The notes beneath the pieces are model-generated. The model saw only the letters and a program-made list of their open reading frames with translations. It was not told the origin of the DNA and ran no database searches. A DNA stretch of 64,000 bases from the IMG/VR virus record IMGVR_UViG_3300028800_000077; one strand, 5' to 3'. This DNA is from an uncultured virus (IMG/VR IMGVR_UViG_3300028800_000077). Its lineage: Duplodnaviria > Heunggongvirae > Uroviricota > Caudoviricetes. Numbering within the stretch: position 1 is the stretch's first letter; every line of letters starts with the position of its first letter. This document shows positions 8,538 through 16,876 of this stretch, one piece after another. The translations under genes were made by a program, and so were the position numbers.

Positions 8538-8655
8538 AGCGTGGCCGGAGAGCAGTCACGGTGAAAGGAACGGACCAGTGATGGTCCCTCTGGAGGGAAC
8601 CCCTCACCAGCCTGCTTCTGCACTTCGGCCCGCCTACCTTCTGAGGAGCAATTTT

Positions 8656-9537
8656 ATGACCCGCACTGACCTTCATCGCCCGAGCGCGATCATCCCCGCC
8701 GACTACCGCCTTGTAGCGCTTGACTATTATGGCGGTGGCATCGAGGCGATTTCGTTTCAGTACGACCGCGCCGCCTTCCGCGCCGACATGGAGCGCACTG
8801 GCGGCAAGTTCAGCCAGCATGAGCATGGCGGCACCTGCCACGTTTGCGGTGCACACGCCATGTACGTGGCGAAGTATCACCACGCGCCGACCAACAGCTA
8901 CATCGTGACCGGCATGGATTGCGCCGAGAAGATGGACATTGCAGACGAAGTGGCGTTCCGCTCGTTCAAAAAGCGGGTTGCCGCCGGCCGCAAGGCGTTC
9001 CGTGGCAAGGCCAAGGCGCAGGAAGTTCTCGCTGCATCTGGACTGCAGGCCGCTTGGGCTATTTACACTTCGACTGACACGGTCGGCTTCCAGAAGGCCG
9101 AGATGATCGTGGTCGACATCGTCGGGAAGCTCGTCCAGTACGGGTCGCTCTCAGAGAAGCGGCTAGGGCTGGTTTCTCGCCTGCTGAGCGACATCGCGGC
9201 TCGCCCTGCCCGTCTGGCCGCCCGGCAGGCCGAACTGGCTGTAACGGCCGCTAATAGCCGCCACGTTGGCACGGTCGGCGAGCGCCGGGACTTCACCCTT
9301 ACTGCGAAGTTCCGCACTTCATTCGATACGCAATATGGGGTGCTGTTCATCCATGTGTTCGAGGACGCCGACCGCAATGTCCTCGTCTACAAGGGCGGCA
9401 AGGCCATTGCCGAGCGCGGGGAGACGATTTCGCTCAAGGCGACCATCAAGGCCCACGGTGAGCGCGAAGGCGTCCAGCAGACCATTTTGAGCCGCCCGGT
9501 GGTGGCGGCTCAGGAGGCTCAAAAGATTGCGGCCTAG
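8656..9537 (+). CDS. Early phage protein with C-terminal OB-like domain
   Basis: SD GAGGAG; CHVCG..G.DCAEK; HVGTVGER..FDTQYG..LKATIKAH...QTILSRP. Confidence 0.65.
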   Translation: MTRTDLHRPSAIIPADYRLVALDYYGGGIEAISFQYDRAAFRADMERTGGKFSQHEHGGTCHVCGAHAMYVAKYHHAPTNSYIVTGMDCAEKMDIADEVAFRSFKKRVAAGRKAFRGKAKAQEVLAASGLQAAWAIYTSTDTVGFQKAEMIVVDIVGKLVQYGSLSEKRLGLVSRLLSDIAARPARLAARQAELAVTAANSRHVGTVGERRDFTLTAKFRTSFDTQYGVLFIHVFEDADRNVLVYKGGKAIAERGETISLKATIKAHGEREGVQQTILSRPVVAAQEAQKIAA

Positions 9538-9540
9538 CCC

Positions 9541-9571
9541 TTGCAATTTGAGAAACAATCCTCAAATTGAG
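9541..9571 (+). promoter_or_regulatory. Repeated early promoter/operator box, copy 2
   Basis: TTGCAATTTGAG-N8-CTCAAATTGAG. Confidence 0.75.
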
Positions 9572-9603
9572 GGTGCGGGCGATCCTGCCCAACGGAGCAC
9601 CAG

Positions 9604-9777
9604 ATGACGAAGAAAGATTTTGAACTGATCGCGGACATCGTCGGCACCCTCACATGGGACGATCCCGAGACGGTCCGGGCTCACAAGGCCGGCGTCGTCG
9701 CCAACCGCCTCGCCGGCACGAACCCTCGGTTCGACAAGGATCGGTTCGTCAAGGCGGCCCTCGCGGTCAAGCACTAA
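9604..9777 (+). CDS. 57-aa conserved phage protein (not in ORF track)
   Basis: SD GGAG; MTKKDFELIA...NPRFDKDRFVKAA. Confidence 0.7.
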   Translation: MTKKDFELIADIVGTLTWDDPETVRAHKAGVVANRLAGTNPRFDKDRFVKAALAVKH

Positions 9778-9844
9778 CCCCACAACCCCGCCCAGCCCTG
9801 AGAAGCTGGTGCGGGGTCGGGGCGTTGAAAGAACCCACTGGAGA
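9778..9844 (+). repeat. Structured intergenic repeat R1
   Basis: ACCCCGC-CCAGC-CCTGAGAA-GCTGG-T-GCGGGGT then GGCGTTGAAA..GGAGA. Confidence 0.8.
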
Positions 9845-9849
9845 TTTTC

Positions 9850-10101
9850 ATGCTCACCTATCAGGAACCCGTTGGTCGTTACGTCGTGCTCAAGCACACC
9901 GATCTTCCCGAGGCTCACAAGGCCGAGTACCGCGCGGACGGCATCGACCCCGACACCATTTGGTCGCTGTACTACAGCACCAGCAGCGAGGCGGACGCCA
10001 AGCGGGTCCTCGCCGAGAGCATCGAGGAGGCCCGTAGTTACCAGACCTTCCGGTTCGAGGATCGCGGCGCACCCTCGGTCATCGAGCGGCCCGCCTACTA
10101 A
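9850..10101 (+). CDS. Hypothetical early protein
   Basis: SD GGAGA; bounded by R1 and R2. Confidence 0.65.
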   Translation: MLTYQEPVGRYVVLKHTDLPEAHKAEYRADGIDPDTIWSLYYSTSSEADAKRVLAESIEEARSYQTFRFEDRGAPSVIERPAY

Positions 10102-10102
10102 A

Positions 10103-10160
10103 CTCCACCAGCCCCGCTAGGCCCTGAGAAGCCTACGCGGGGCCGAGGTGTCAGAGGAGA
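10103..10160 (+). repeat. Structured intergenic repeat R2
   Basis: GCCCCGC-TAGGC-CCTGAGAA-GCCTA-C-GCGGGGC then GGTGTCAGAGGAG. Confidence 0.8.
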
Positions 10161-10165
10161 TCGCC

Positions 10166-10927
10166 ATGACCATCGAAGCATCGAACCGCGCGCCGCTCGT
10201 AGTAGCCTACGGCATGGGCGTGGACAGCACCGCGATGCTGATCGGCATGCACCAGCGCGGCGAGCGGCCCGACTTGATCCTGTTCGCCGACACGGGCGAC
10301 GAGAAGGCGGCGACCTACGCCTACCTGCCGACGATCAATGCGTGGTTGGCCGGCGTCGGCTTCCCGCAGGTCACTGTCGTCAAGAACGCGCGGCCGATCT
10401 CGGGCGACAAGAGCCTGTCGGATAGCTGCTTGCGGCTCGGCACCCTGCCGGCGCTCGCCTACGGCATGCACCAGTGCTCGCTCGTGTGGAAGCGCGATCC
10501 GCAGGTGAAGTTCATCAAGAAGTGGGAGCCGGCCGTTGCGGCGTGGGCGCGCGGCGAGCTTGTCACGACCTGCATCGGCTACGACGCCGGCCCGCGCGAT
10601 AGCTGCCGGTCCTACAAGGCCGAAGGAAAGGCCACGAAGGGCTTCACCAACCGCTTCCCGCTGATCGAGTGGGGTTGGGATCGCGAGGAGTGCGTTCGCC
10701 AGATCGCGGCGGCCGGACTGCCCGTGCCGGTGAAGTCGGCTTGCTTCCACTGCCCGGCCTCGAAGCTGGCCGAGATCGACTGGCTGGCCAAGTTTCAGCC
10801 CGAGCTTGCGGAGAAGGCCAAGGCGATGGAAGCCGGCGCGCACGCTCGCGGATTGAAGACGATCAAGGGCCTCGGCCGGAAGTTTAGCTGGACCGATTAT
10901 TTAGCGAAGCCGGCCCTTGCAAAATGA
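10166..10927 (+). CDS. PAPS-reductase-like (PP-loop) protein
   Basis: VAYGMGVDST, ILFADTGDE, CS...K..P, IGYDA, FPLIEWGWDREEC, KSACFHCP. Confidence 0.75.
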   Translation: MTIEASNRAPLVVAYGMGVDSTAMLIGMHQRGERPDLILFADTGDEKAATYAYLPTINAWLAGVGFPQVTVVKNARPISGDKSLSDSCLRLGTLPALAYGMHQCSLVWKRDPQVKFIKKWEPAVAAWARGELVTTCIGYDAGPRDSCRSYKAEGKATKGFTNRFPLIEWGWDREECVRQIAAAGLPVPVKSACFHCPASKLAEIDWLAKFQPELAEKAKAMEAGAHARGLKTIKGLGRKFSWTDYLAKPALAK

Positions 10928-10947
10928 GACGGCACTCTCATATTGAG
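10917..10947 (+). promoter_or_regulatory. Repeated early promoter/operator box, copy 3
   Basis: TTGCAAAATGAG-N8-CTCATATTGAG. Confidence 0.75.
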
Positions 10948-10979
10948 GGTGTCGAGACGCCAACCCCACGGAGATCAAG

Positions 10980-11165
10980 ATGTCTGTTCAAGCTGCTGTC
11001 GATGCCTTCAAGGAAGTGAAGGCCCATTCTGAGATCGCGCCCATCGATGCCTTTCGGTTCATCGACACCTACAAGGCGCAGACCGGCCATCGGCCGAGCC
11101 TGTCGGCGATGACCCTCCTGTACTTGCGCGAGAAGGCGCAGAGGGAGGCCCTTGAAAGCCGCTAA
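10980..11165 (+). CDS. Hypothetical early protein
   Basis: SD GGAGA after promoter copy 3. Confidence 0.6.
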   Translation: MSVQAAVDAFKEVKAHSEIAPIDAFRFIDTYKAQTGHRPSLSAMTLLYLREKAQREALESR

Positions 11166-11176
11166 CCGCGCGACAA

Positions 11177-11245
11177 CCCCAACAGCCCCGCCTCGGCCTG
11201 AGAACCGAGCGCGGGGTTAGGGCGTCGAGAGCAACCCAACGGAGA
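11177..11245 (+). repeat. Structured intergenic repeat R3
   Basis: AGCCCCGC-CTCGG-CCTGAGAA-CCGAG-C-GCGGGGTT then GGCGTCGAGA..GGAGA. Confidence 0.8.
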
Positions 11246-11250
11246 GATCG

Positions 11251-11484
11251 ATGAACGCCAAGACGCGCAAGGAACTGAACAAGATTTATTCCGAGATCGA
11301 GGGCCACAAGAACCGGCTCGAAGAAATCGCCTCGGAGGAGCAGGACAAGTTCGACAATTTGTCCGAGGGCCTGCAGGCCGCCGAGAGTGGCCAGAAACTT
11401 GAGCAGGCATCGAGCGACCTGCAGGAAGCGGTCGGAAGTCTTGAGGAGGCACTTGGCCAGATTGAGACGGTTCGAGACGCCTAG
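11251..11484 (+). CDS. Conserved acidic coiled-coil phage protein
   Basis: MN...RK.L...EEQDKFDNLSEGLQ....G. Confidence 0.7.
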   Translation: MNAKTRKELNKIYSEIEGHKNRLEEIASEEQDKFDNLSEGLQAAESGQKLEQASSDLQEAVGSLEEALGQIETVRDA

Positions 11485-11491
11485 AGGTTCA

Positions 11492-11551
11492 GCGCCCCAA
11501 CAGCCCCGCCACGGATTGAGCCCCGTGAGCGGGGCCAAGGCGTCAGAGGAG
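11492..11551 (+). repeat. Structured intergenic repeat R4
   Basis: GCCCCGC-CACGG-ATTGAGCC-CCGTG-A-GCGGGGC then GGCGTCAGAGGAG. Confidence 0.75.
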
Positions 11552-11561
11552 TATCACACCA

Positions 11562-11780
11562 ATGGCACGCAAACTTTCCACGAAGCAGATCGCCAAGCTG
11601 AACGACGAGCGCATCAACCGGCTTTGCGGCCAGCGCTGCAGCGGCGTCCAGATTTCCATCATGGACATCCCTAAGGTGTTCAAGGTGGCCAATCAGGCCA
11701 TCGTCGAGAACGCCGAGATCAGCGATCAGGCGCTCGGCGACAAGATCGCCGAGTACGTCAACACCATCCGCAAGAACTAG
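11562..11780 (+). CDS. Hypothetical early protein
   Basis: SD GAGGAG. Confidence 0.65.
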   Translation: MARKLSTKQIAKLNDERINRLCGQRCSGVQISIMDIPKVFKVANQAIVENAEISDQALGDKIAEYVNTIRKN

Positions 11781-11790
11781 GAGGAGCATC

Positions 11791-12066
11791 ATGGGACGGA
11801 ATTGGAAACCAAAGAAACCGCGCCGGCCATCGTGGCGGCTGCCGTTTCGGGTTGATTGCGGAAACGGTGTCCGCAGCGCCTTCAACGATTACTCGGAGGC
11901 GATGAACTACGGGCAGTGGCGCAGCGCGGTGTCTGGCGGCCGGACGGAGATCAGCAACAAGCACGGCGATCTCGTCGGCCAGTACAGCGCAGGGAAGACC
12001 ACGCCGGAGTTTTCTTCGCATCACGTCAGCGCCGGAGCGCCGGCCTACGCTCTGGATGGAGGCTGA
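11791..12066 (+). CDS. Hypothetical protein
   Basis: SD GGAGGAG. Confidence 0.6.
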   Translation: MGRNWKPKKPRRPSWRLPFRVDCGNGVRSAFNDYSEAMNYGQWRSAVSGGRTEISNKHGDLVGQYSAGKTTPEFSSHHVSAGAPAYALDGG

Positions 12067-12067
12067 C

Positions 12068-12238
12068 ATGGCACGCAAGCCCGTCAAACTGTCGGACGTT
12101 CGGACCATCCCGGCCTATGCGGTGATCATCCGCGCAACGTGGGAACGTGGCGCGGTTCAGGCCGAGGCATTGGCGGAACTGGATCGTCGAGGGTTGTGGC
12201 TGTCCGATGCGCAGCGCAAGCAAGCGGGGCTCGTCTGA
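12068..12238 (+). CDS. Hypothetical protein
   Basis: SD GGAGG; tight packing. Confidence 0.55.
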   Translation: MARKPVKLSDVRTIPAYAVIIRATWERGAVQAEALAELDRRGLWLSDAQRKQAGLV

Positions 12239-12239
12239 C

Positions 12240-12479
12240 ATGCCGATCCCCGATCCCCGTGGCTGGTCGCAAGATCAGCTTGCCGTCAAGGAAGGCCGCA
12301 AGGTCGTCGGCATCATTCAGCGCAAGCTGATCGATCAGGGCGACGTCGCGGCGAACGCGATCTACCCAAAGTACGAATACACGTCGCTGCATCTTGGCCG
12401 CGTCATCTACGGCGGCACGTCCTACGACAGCGCGGTCGACGCCTTCGGATCGGTCGATGCTTGGGGCTACGGAGGCTGA
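12240..12479 (+). CDS. Hypothetical protein
   Basis: ATG 1 nt after upstream stop. Confidence 0.5.
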   Translation: MPIPDPRGWSQDQLAVKEGRKVVGIIQRKLIDQGDVAANAIYPKYEYTSLHLGRVIYGGTSYDSAVDAFGSVDAWGYGG

Positions 12480-12480
12480 G

Positions 12481-12753
12481 ATGCAGAAGTACAGAGCCGA
12501 TATTGCTGAGAAGCAGAGCGACGGCGCGACCGTCTGGCGCGCGAACTGGATGGGCGGCAGGCCGCTCTCGAAGATCGTCGACTGCCGGCTGGACAATCTC
12601 GTCGGCGACATGCGGACCACGGTCTACATCACGGGCGAGCCCGACACGTGGTTCTCGACGCCGGCCGTCTGCCGGCTCTTTGGGAAGCGCGTCAAAGGCT
12701 ACGTCACTGGCGACGGCGACGGCAATCTCGTTTTTCGTCACTGCTACTACTGA
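12481..12753 (+). CDS. Hypothetical phage protein
   Basis: SD GGAGG; ITGEPDTWFSTPA...VKGYVT. Confidence 0.6.
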   Translation: MQKYRADIAEKQSDGATVWRANWMGGRPLSKIVDCRLDNLVGDMRTTVYITGEPDTWFSTPAVCRLFGKRVKGYVTGDGDGNLVFRHCYY

Positions 12754-12763
12754 GGAGCACAAC

Positions 12764-13294
12764 ATGACACGTCCAACCATCACGACGCCTTGCGCCGCCG
12801 ACCGACATCACACCGGAGCCGAGCGAATTGCCGAGTTTTCGACCAGCAAGGGACAAGGCGGCCTGATCTCAGTCCGAGAGATGGTCGATGGTTCTGCGCA
12901 GGTTTCGCTCTACCGTCTCGACAAGGGCACGGTCGTCTTCTGCGATCCCGAGCATTCTCGGCCGAGCACGAACAGCAAGGTTTTGGATGCTCTCGAAGCC
13001 GGCCGCCGCATGCTGGACGCGCTGCGCAGCTTGGAAGCGATCATGGCCACCATCATCACTGAGGCCGCACGCAGCGGCTACCGCGACCCCACGAACAAGA
13101 ACCCGTTCCCGCATTCGAGCCCGGCTTGGTACGGGTTCGAGGCTGGCCGCACGCATCGCCGGTCAGGGCGCACCGAGATCATCAAGGCCACCATGGGCCG
13201 AGGCTACACCGTCAACCTTGAGACGGCATCGCGGATGCGTCTCGTCGCCAAGTTTGGCGTCGCGCTGCCGCCGATCATCGAGCGGAAGGATTGA
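12764..13294 (+). CDS. Hypothetical protein
   Basis: SD GAGGAG. Confidence 0.6.
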   Translation: MTRPTITTPCAADRHHTGAERIAEFSTSKGQGGLISVREMVDGSAQVSLYRLDKGTVVFCDPEHSRPSTNSKVLDALEAGRRMLDALRSLEAIMATIITEAARSGYRDPTNKNPFPHSSPAWYGFEAGRTHRRSGRTEIIKATMGRGYTVNLETASRMRLVAKFGVALPPIIERKD

Positions 13295-13298
13295 ACCA

Positions 13299-13526
13299 AT
13301 GGCCGACCATATTAGCCCGACCACGCGCGTCCTGTTGGACATTACCGACGCGGTGCGGCCCGAGAAGCTATCGTGGAGTGAGTTCATCATCTTGGCGTCG
13401 CACCTGCCGGCTGGCACGGTGGAGCGCATCGAGGGCGCGCTGTTAAGATCGCCGCCGGGCACTGCGATCTATGTCGAGGGGCCGGCGACCGACCGCGTCA
13501 CGGTCAAGCTGGAGGCCAAGCCGTGA
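13299..13526 (+). CDS. Hypothetical protein
   Basis: SD AAGGA; coupled to next gene. Confidence 0.5.
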   Translation: MADHISPTTRVLLDITDAVRPEKLSWSEFIILASHLPAGTVERIEGALLRSPPGTAIYVEGPATDRVTVKLEAKP

Positions 13527-13771
13527 GCCGGCCCATCGAGATCGGCGACAAGGTCGCCTATTCGGCGGACTTCCTGCGTGACACGGTCCAGCAGGCCAGC
13601 CCGGACGACAAGGGTGGCTGGCGCGGCGTCGTCACGGCCATCGACGGCGGCCCGGATTGGCGGCTTTGCGTCGTCGACTGGAACGACCGGCAGGGCCGGA
13701 AAATTGGCCAAGGCCGCGTGCTGGACAAGAACCTAGCTAGGGAGGGATCGCCTCAGATGTATGCCCGCTAG
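13523..13771 (+). CDS. Small SH3-like beta protein
   Basis: IEIGDKV...RGVVTAI...VDW...NL. Confidence 0.55.
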   Translation: MSRPIEIGDKVAYSADFLRDTVQQASPDDKGGWRGVVTAIDGGPDWRLCVVDWNDRQGRKIGQGRVLDKNLAREGSPQMYAR

Positions 13772-13799
13772 GGGCTCGAAAATAGGCGCGGGGAGGCTA

Positions 13800-13831
13800 T
13801 TGCAAAATGAGATGCCTCCCCTCATATTGAG
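13800..13831 (+). promoter_or_regulatory. Repeated early promoter/operator box, copy 4
   Basis: TTGCAAAATGAG-N9-CTCATATTGAG. Confidence 0.75.
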
Positions 13832-13887
13832 ACTGTCAAAGACGCTTTCGGTCGGATGGTCCGGCCGGGCAGAGAGAGAAGGATGAA

Positions 13888-15012
13888 ATGCAAAAAGGTT
13901 TGTCACTGACTGAGTTGGCCGCTCGCATCGAGGGCCTGAAGACTGAGAAGAAGGACTTCATCGCGGACACGTCCGCTGTGACGATGCTCGACGGCACTGC
14001 CACGGGCAGCGCTCCGAAGCTCGCGGTTGCTGGTCAGGGCGAGTTCCCGATCCGCCCGCTGGCTCACAACCAGATCGCCGGCCGCCTCGGCATCCCGTCG
14101 AAGTATTACGACCGGATGCTGGCCGAGCAGCCCACGTTGTTGGCGAACAATGTCAATACGTGGTTTCACGCCAACCCCGAGAAGCGGATGATCCGCACGC
14201 TGAAGGCCGAGACGCGCGCCTTCTTGTCGAACCGCTACCAGCGGATCGAGAACGAGGAGATTGCGCAGGTTGCCCTGCCGATCCTGCTCAACATCCCCGA
14301 GGTGAAGATCGTCTCGTGCGAAGTCACCGAGCGCCGGATGTATATCCAAGCCGTCAGCCCGCGTGTCGAGGGCGAGGTGAAGCGCGGCGACGTCGTGCAG
14401 GCCGGCGTCGTGATCAGCAACAGCGAGATCGGCTTCGGCGCGGTGTCGGTGTCGCCGATGATCTACCGCCTCGTGTGCCTGAACGGCATGATCGCGCCGG
14501 ATGGCAAGTACCGCGCCTACCACGTTGGTCGGCAGGTCGAGGACAACGCGGCTCTGTGGGCGCAGGACACGCAGCAGGCCGATGACCGTGCGGTGCTCCT
14601 CAAGGTGCGCGACATGGTGACGGCGGCGGTCGACGCGGTTCGCTTCTCGGAGCGCGTGGCCAAGATGGCCGGGCTGACCGACATCAAGATCGGCGCGAAC
14701 CCGGCGGCTGCCATCGAAGTGCTCGGCCAGAAGATTGGCGCGACGCAGGACGAGACTGGCGGCATCCTGAAGGCGCTGATCGAGGGCGGCGACCTGTCGG
14801 CTTGGGGCGTGCTGAACGCCGTGACCGCTCAGGCGCATACCGCGAAGTCCTATGACCGCGCGGTGGAGTTCGAGGCGGCCGGCGGCCAGTTGCTTGAGTT
14901 CAAGCCGGCCGAGTGGCGCGAAGTTCTCGACGCCAGCGTCGCTTCCAAGCGTCGCCGCAGCGCCGCCACGGTGATCGACGCCACCTTCACCGAAGTCAGC
15001 CAAGCGGCTTAG
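13888..15012 (+). CDS. DUF932-like protein
   Basis: AHNQIA..LGIP.KYY, RAFLSNRY..I.N, GVVISNSE.G, YRLVCLNG, WG..NAVT. Confidence 0.75.
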   Translation: MQKGLSLTELAARIEGLKTEKKDFIADTSAVTMLDGTATGSAPKLAVAGQGEFPIRPLAHNQIAGRLGIPSKYYDRMLAEQPTLLANNVNTWFHANPEKRMIRTLKAETRAFLSNRYQRIENEEIAQVALPILLNIPEVKIVSCEVTERRMYIQAVSPRVEGEVKRGDVVQAGVVISNSEIGFGAVSVSPMIYRLVCLNGMIAPDGKYRAYHVGRQVEDNAALWAQDTQQADDRAVLLKVRDMVTAAVDAVRFSERVAKMAGLTDIKIGANPAAAIEVLGQKIGATQDETGGILKALIEGGDLSAWGVLNAVTAQAHTAKSYDRAVEFEAAGGQLLEFKPAEWREVLDASVASKRRRSAATVIDATFTEVSQAA

Positions 15013-15023
15013 GAGCCCGCAAA

Positions 15024-15081
15024 CCCCTCGCCCCGCTCGGCCCTGAAAAGCCGACGCGGGGTTGAGGCGTCGAAAGAGGAG
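15024..15081 (+). repeat. Structured intergenic repeat R5
   Basis: GCCCCGC-TCGGC-CCTGAAAA-GCCGA-C-GCGGGGT then GGCGTCGAAAGAGGAG. Confidence 0.8.
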
Positions 15082-15085
15082 CATC

Positions 15086-15487
15086 ATGAGCACGCTGATC
15101 GAAAAGATGGCCATGGCCATCGTCGCCCACAAGCACTGCGAGGTTGGCGCTGTTGTTGCGGAAGGTTGGCGCGACCGCTGGGCCGCGCGGTTGGAGCACA
15201 TAGAGCGCAACGCTTTGCCCAGCGGCAGCGGCATCGACGCCGGCACGAAGATCGACGTTGATCGCAGCACGCTCGACAAGATCGTTCTGACGACATCGTT
15301 TCATCACATGGACGAGAGCGGCGGATACAACGGTTGGTCCGATCATACGGTTGTCGTGACGCCGTCTTTCGTCTCGAACTTCGAGATCAATGTGACCGGA
15401 CGCAATCGCAACGGCATCAAGGAATATCTGGCCGACACGTTCCGCGCCGCGCTGGATGCGCCCTACGAATACACGGACATCATCTAA
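15086..15487 (+). CDS. Conserved phage protein
   Basis: LPSGSGID.G, FHHMDE.G.Y.GW.DH.V.VTPS. Confidence 0.65.
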   Translation: MSTLIEKMAMAIVAHKHCEVGAVVAEGWRDRWAARLEHIERNALPSGSGIDAGTKIDVDRSTLDKIVLTTSFHHMDESGGYNGWSDHTVVVTPSFVSNFEINVTGRNRNGIKEYLADTFRAALDAPYEYTDII

Positions 15488-15993
15488 TGAACATTCTGTT
15501 CAATCTGTCGACGATCCCGCACTGGGAGTTCATGATCGAGGCGCAGCGTTGGGAAGCCTTGCCGCCGGCCTATCGCGAGTTCATGACGACGAAGCCGAAC
15601 CCGCCGGGCCACGCCGAATATCTGGCGCGGGCTCGCAAGAAATACCCATCGCTTCCCGGCGGCGCGGCGCAGGCTGCGTTGAACTGCTTTGAGATGCGCG
15701 GGGCCAAGGCTGCCGCTCGCTACGCTGCCAATGCCGGCGCACGCTGGCGGGTGCAGGGCAAGTTCAAGTTCGTGATGCCAGCGCCATCGATGCGCGGCGT
15801 CTGGAACATGACGGCCAAGGATAAGCGCGAGCAGGCCGAGCGACTGGAGCGCTACCGCGAGCACATGGAGGCCGGTCGACAGGCGCTCGAACAGCAGCGG
15901 CTTGAGAAGGCCGCCAAGCGCAAGGCGCAGCGGGAAAACCGGAGGGCGAAAAGTAACGTCGTCAAGTTGAGCGACTATCGGAGGGCCGCGTGA
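15487..15993 (+). CDS. Hypothetical protein
   Basis: TAATG coupling; ends NVVKLSDYRRAA. Confidence 0.6.
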   Translation: MNILFNLSTIPHWEFMIEAQRWEALPPAYREFMTTKPNPPGHAEYLARARKKYPSLPGGAAQAALNCFEMRGAKAAARYAANAGARWRVQGKFKFVMPAPSMRGVWNMTAKDKREQAERLERYREHMEAGRQALEQQRLEKAAKRKAQRENRRAKSNVVKLSDYRRAA

Positions 15994-16211
15994 TGAACAC
16001 CATCGCCGATCTTCTGCGCGATCTCCTGCCGAGCGGGAAAGTATATTATCACGACCCTCGTTTCCCGCGCCTGATCCGTGTCCATAAAACGTCTTTCGTC
16101 GAGATGTTGAAGGACATGGAGCCGAGCGATCCGATTGAATACAGGGTCCGCAATCCCGAGGGCACCGGACGGTATTCCCAGCCGCGCCGCTACGTTTGTG
16201 TGTGGCCATGA
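15990..16211 (+). CDS. Hypothetical protein
   Basis: Coupled on both sides. Confidence 0.5.
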   Translation: MMNTIADLLRDLLPSGKVYYHDPRFPRLIRVHKTSFVEMLKDMEPSDPIEYRVRNPEGTGRYSQPRRYVCVWP

Positions 16212-16618
16212 GCGCTATCACTGTGGCCAAAGCGCCGTGCAAGTCGTGCCCTTATCGGCGCGACGTGCCGAGCGGGGTTTGGTCGGCCGACGCATACAGC
16301 AAGCTGCCCGAGTATGACGGCGGCATTGGCGGTCAGGTCAGTGCTGGCGCGACCCGCGCGTTCATGTGCCACCAGCAGGACGGGAAGCTCTGCGCGGGCT
16401 GGGTGGGCTGCCACGGCGCGAGCGAACTGCTGGCGTTGCGGCTGCAGGCTGCTCTCGTGGCCCCTTCGGTGTGGACCTACAAGAGCCCGGTGCCGCTGTT
16501 CAAGTCAGGAGCGGCAGCGGCGGCGCACGGGATGCGCGCCATCGCGCGGCCGGGCGTTCGCGCTCGCCGCACCATCCAGCAGTTGATGCGGAAGCGCGAA
16601 GCACGGAGGGATGCGTGA
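16208..16618 (+). CDS. DUF6283-like Cys-rich protein
   Basis: PCKSCPYRRDVPSGVW, KLPEYD, FMCHQ, CAGW..CH. Confidence 0.65.
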   Translation: MSAITVAKAPCKSCPYRRDVPSGVWSADAYSKLPEYDGGIGGQVSAGATRAFMCHQQDGKLCAGWVGCHGASELLALRLQAALVAPSVWTYKSPVPLFKSGAAAAAHGMRAIARPGVRARRTIQQLMRKREARRDA

Positions 16619-16854
16619 TGGCGCAGGGTGAGTTCTCGGTGTGTCAGTTCTTTGCGGACGACAGCTACGAATACGTGCGGCGGTTCGTCGACGCCGAGAC
16701 GGCGGTGGTTGCCTCGAAGCACTACACGACGAGCGTCGGTGCGCGCATGGGCTTCACGAAGCGTGTGATCATCACGGACGGCGGCGATTGCTGCGTGTTC
16801 GAGTGGAAGTTCGGCGAGGGCATCACGTTCCCGCCGATGGAAAAGAAAGGTTGA
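16618..16854 (+). CDS. Conserved small phage protein
   Basis: EFSVCQFF, RVIITDGGD..VFEWK.GEG.TFP. Confidence 0.6.
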   Translation: MAQGEFSVCQFFADDSYEYVRRFVDAETAVVASKHYTTSVGARMGFTKRVIITDGGDCCVFEWKFGEGITFPPMEKKG

Positions 16855-16876
16855 GAAAAGGGATAGCAGTCGCAAT

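Noticed and set aside
9778..15081. Integron attC sites, hammerhead ribozymes or terminators as the identity of repeats R1-R5
   Set aside because: A GTT at the hairpin base occurs in only some copies and no integron integrase is in the window; CUGAGAA sits in a hairpin loop and lacks the CUGANGA/GAAA three-way junction; no U-tract
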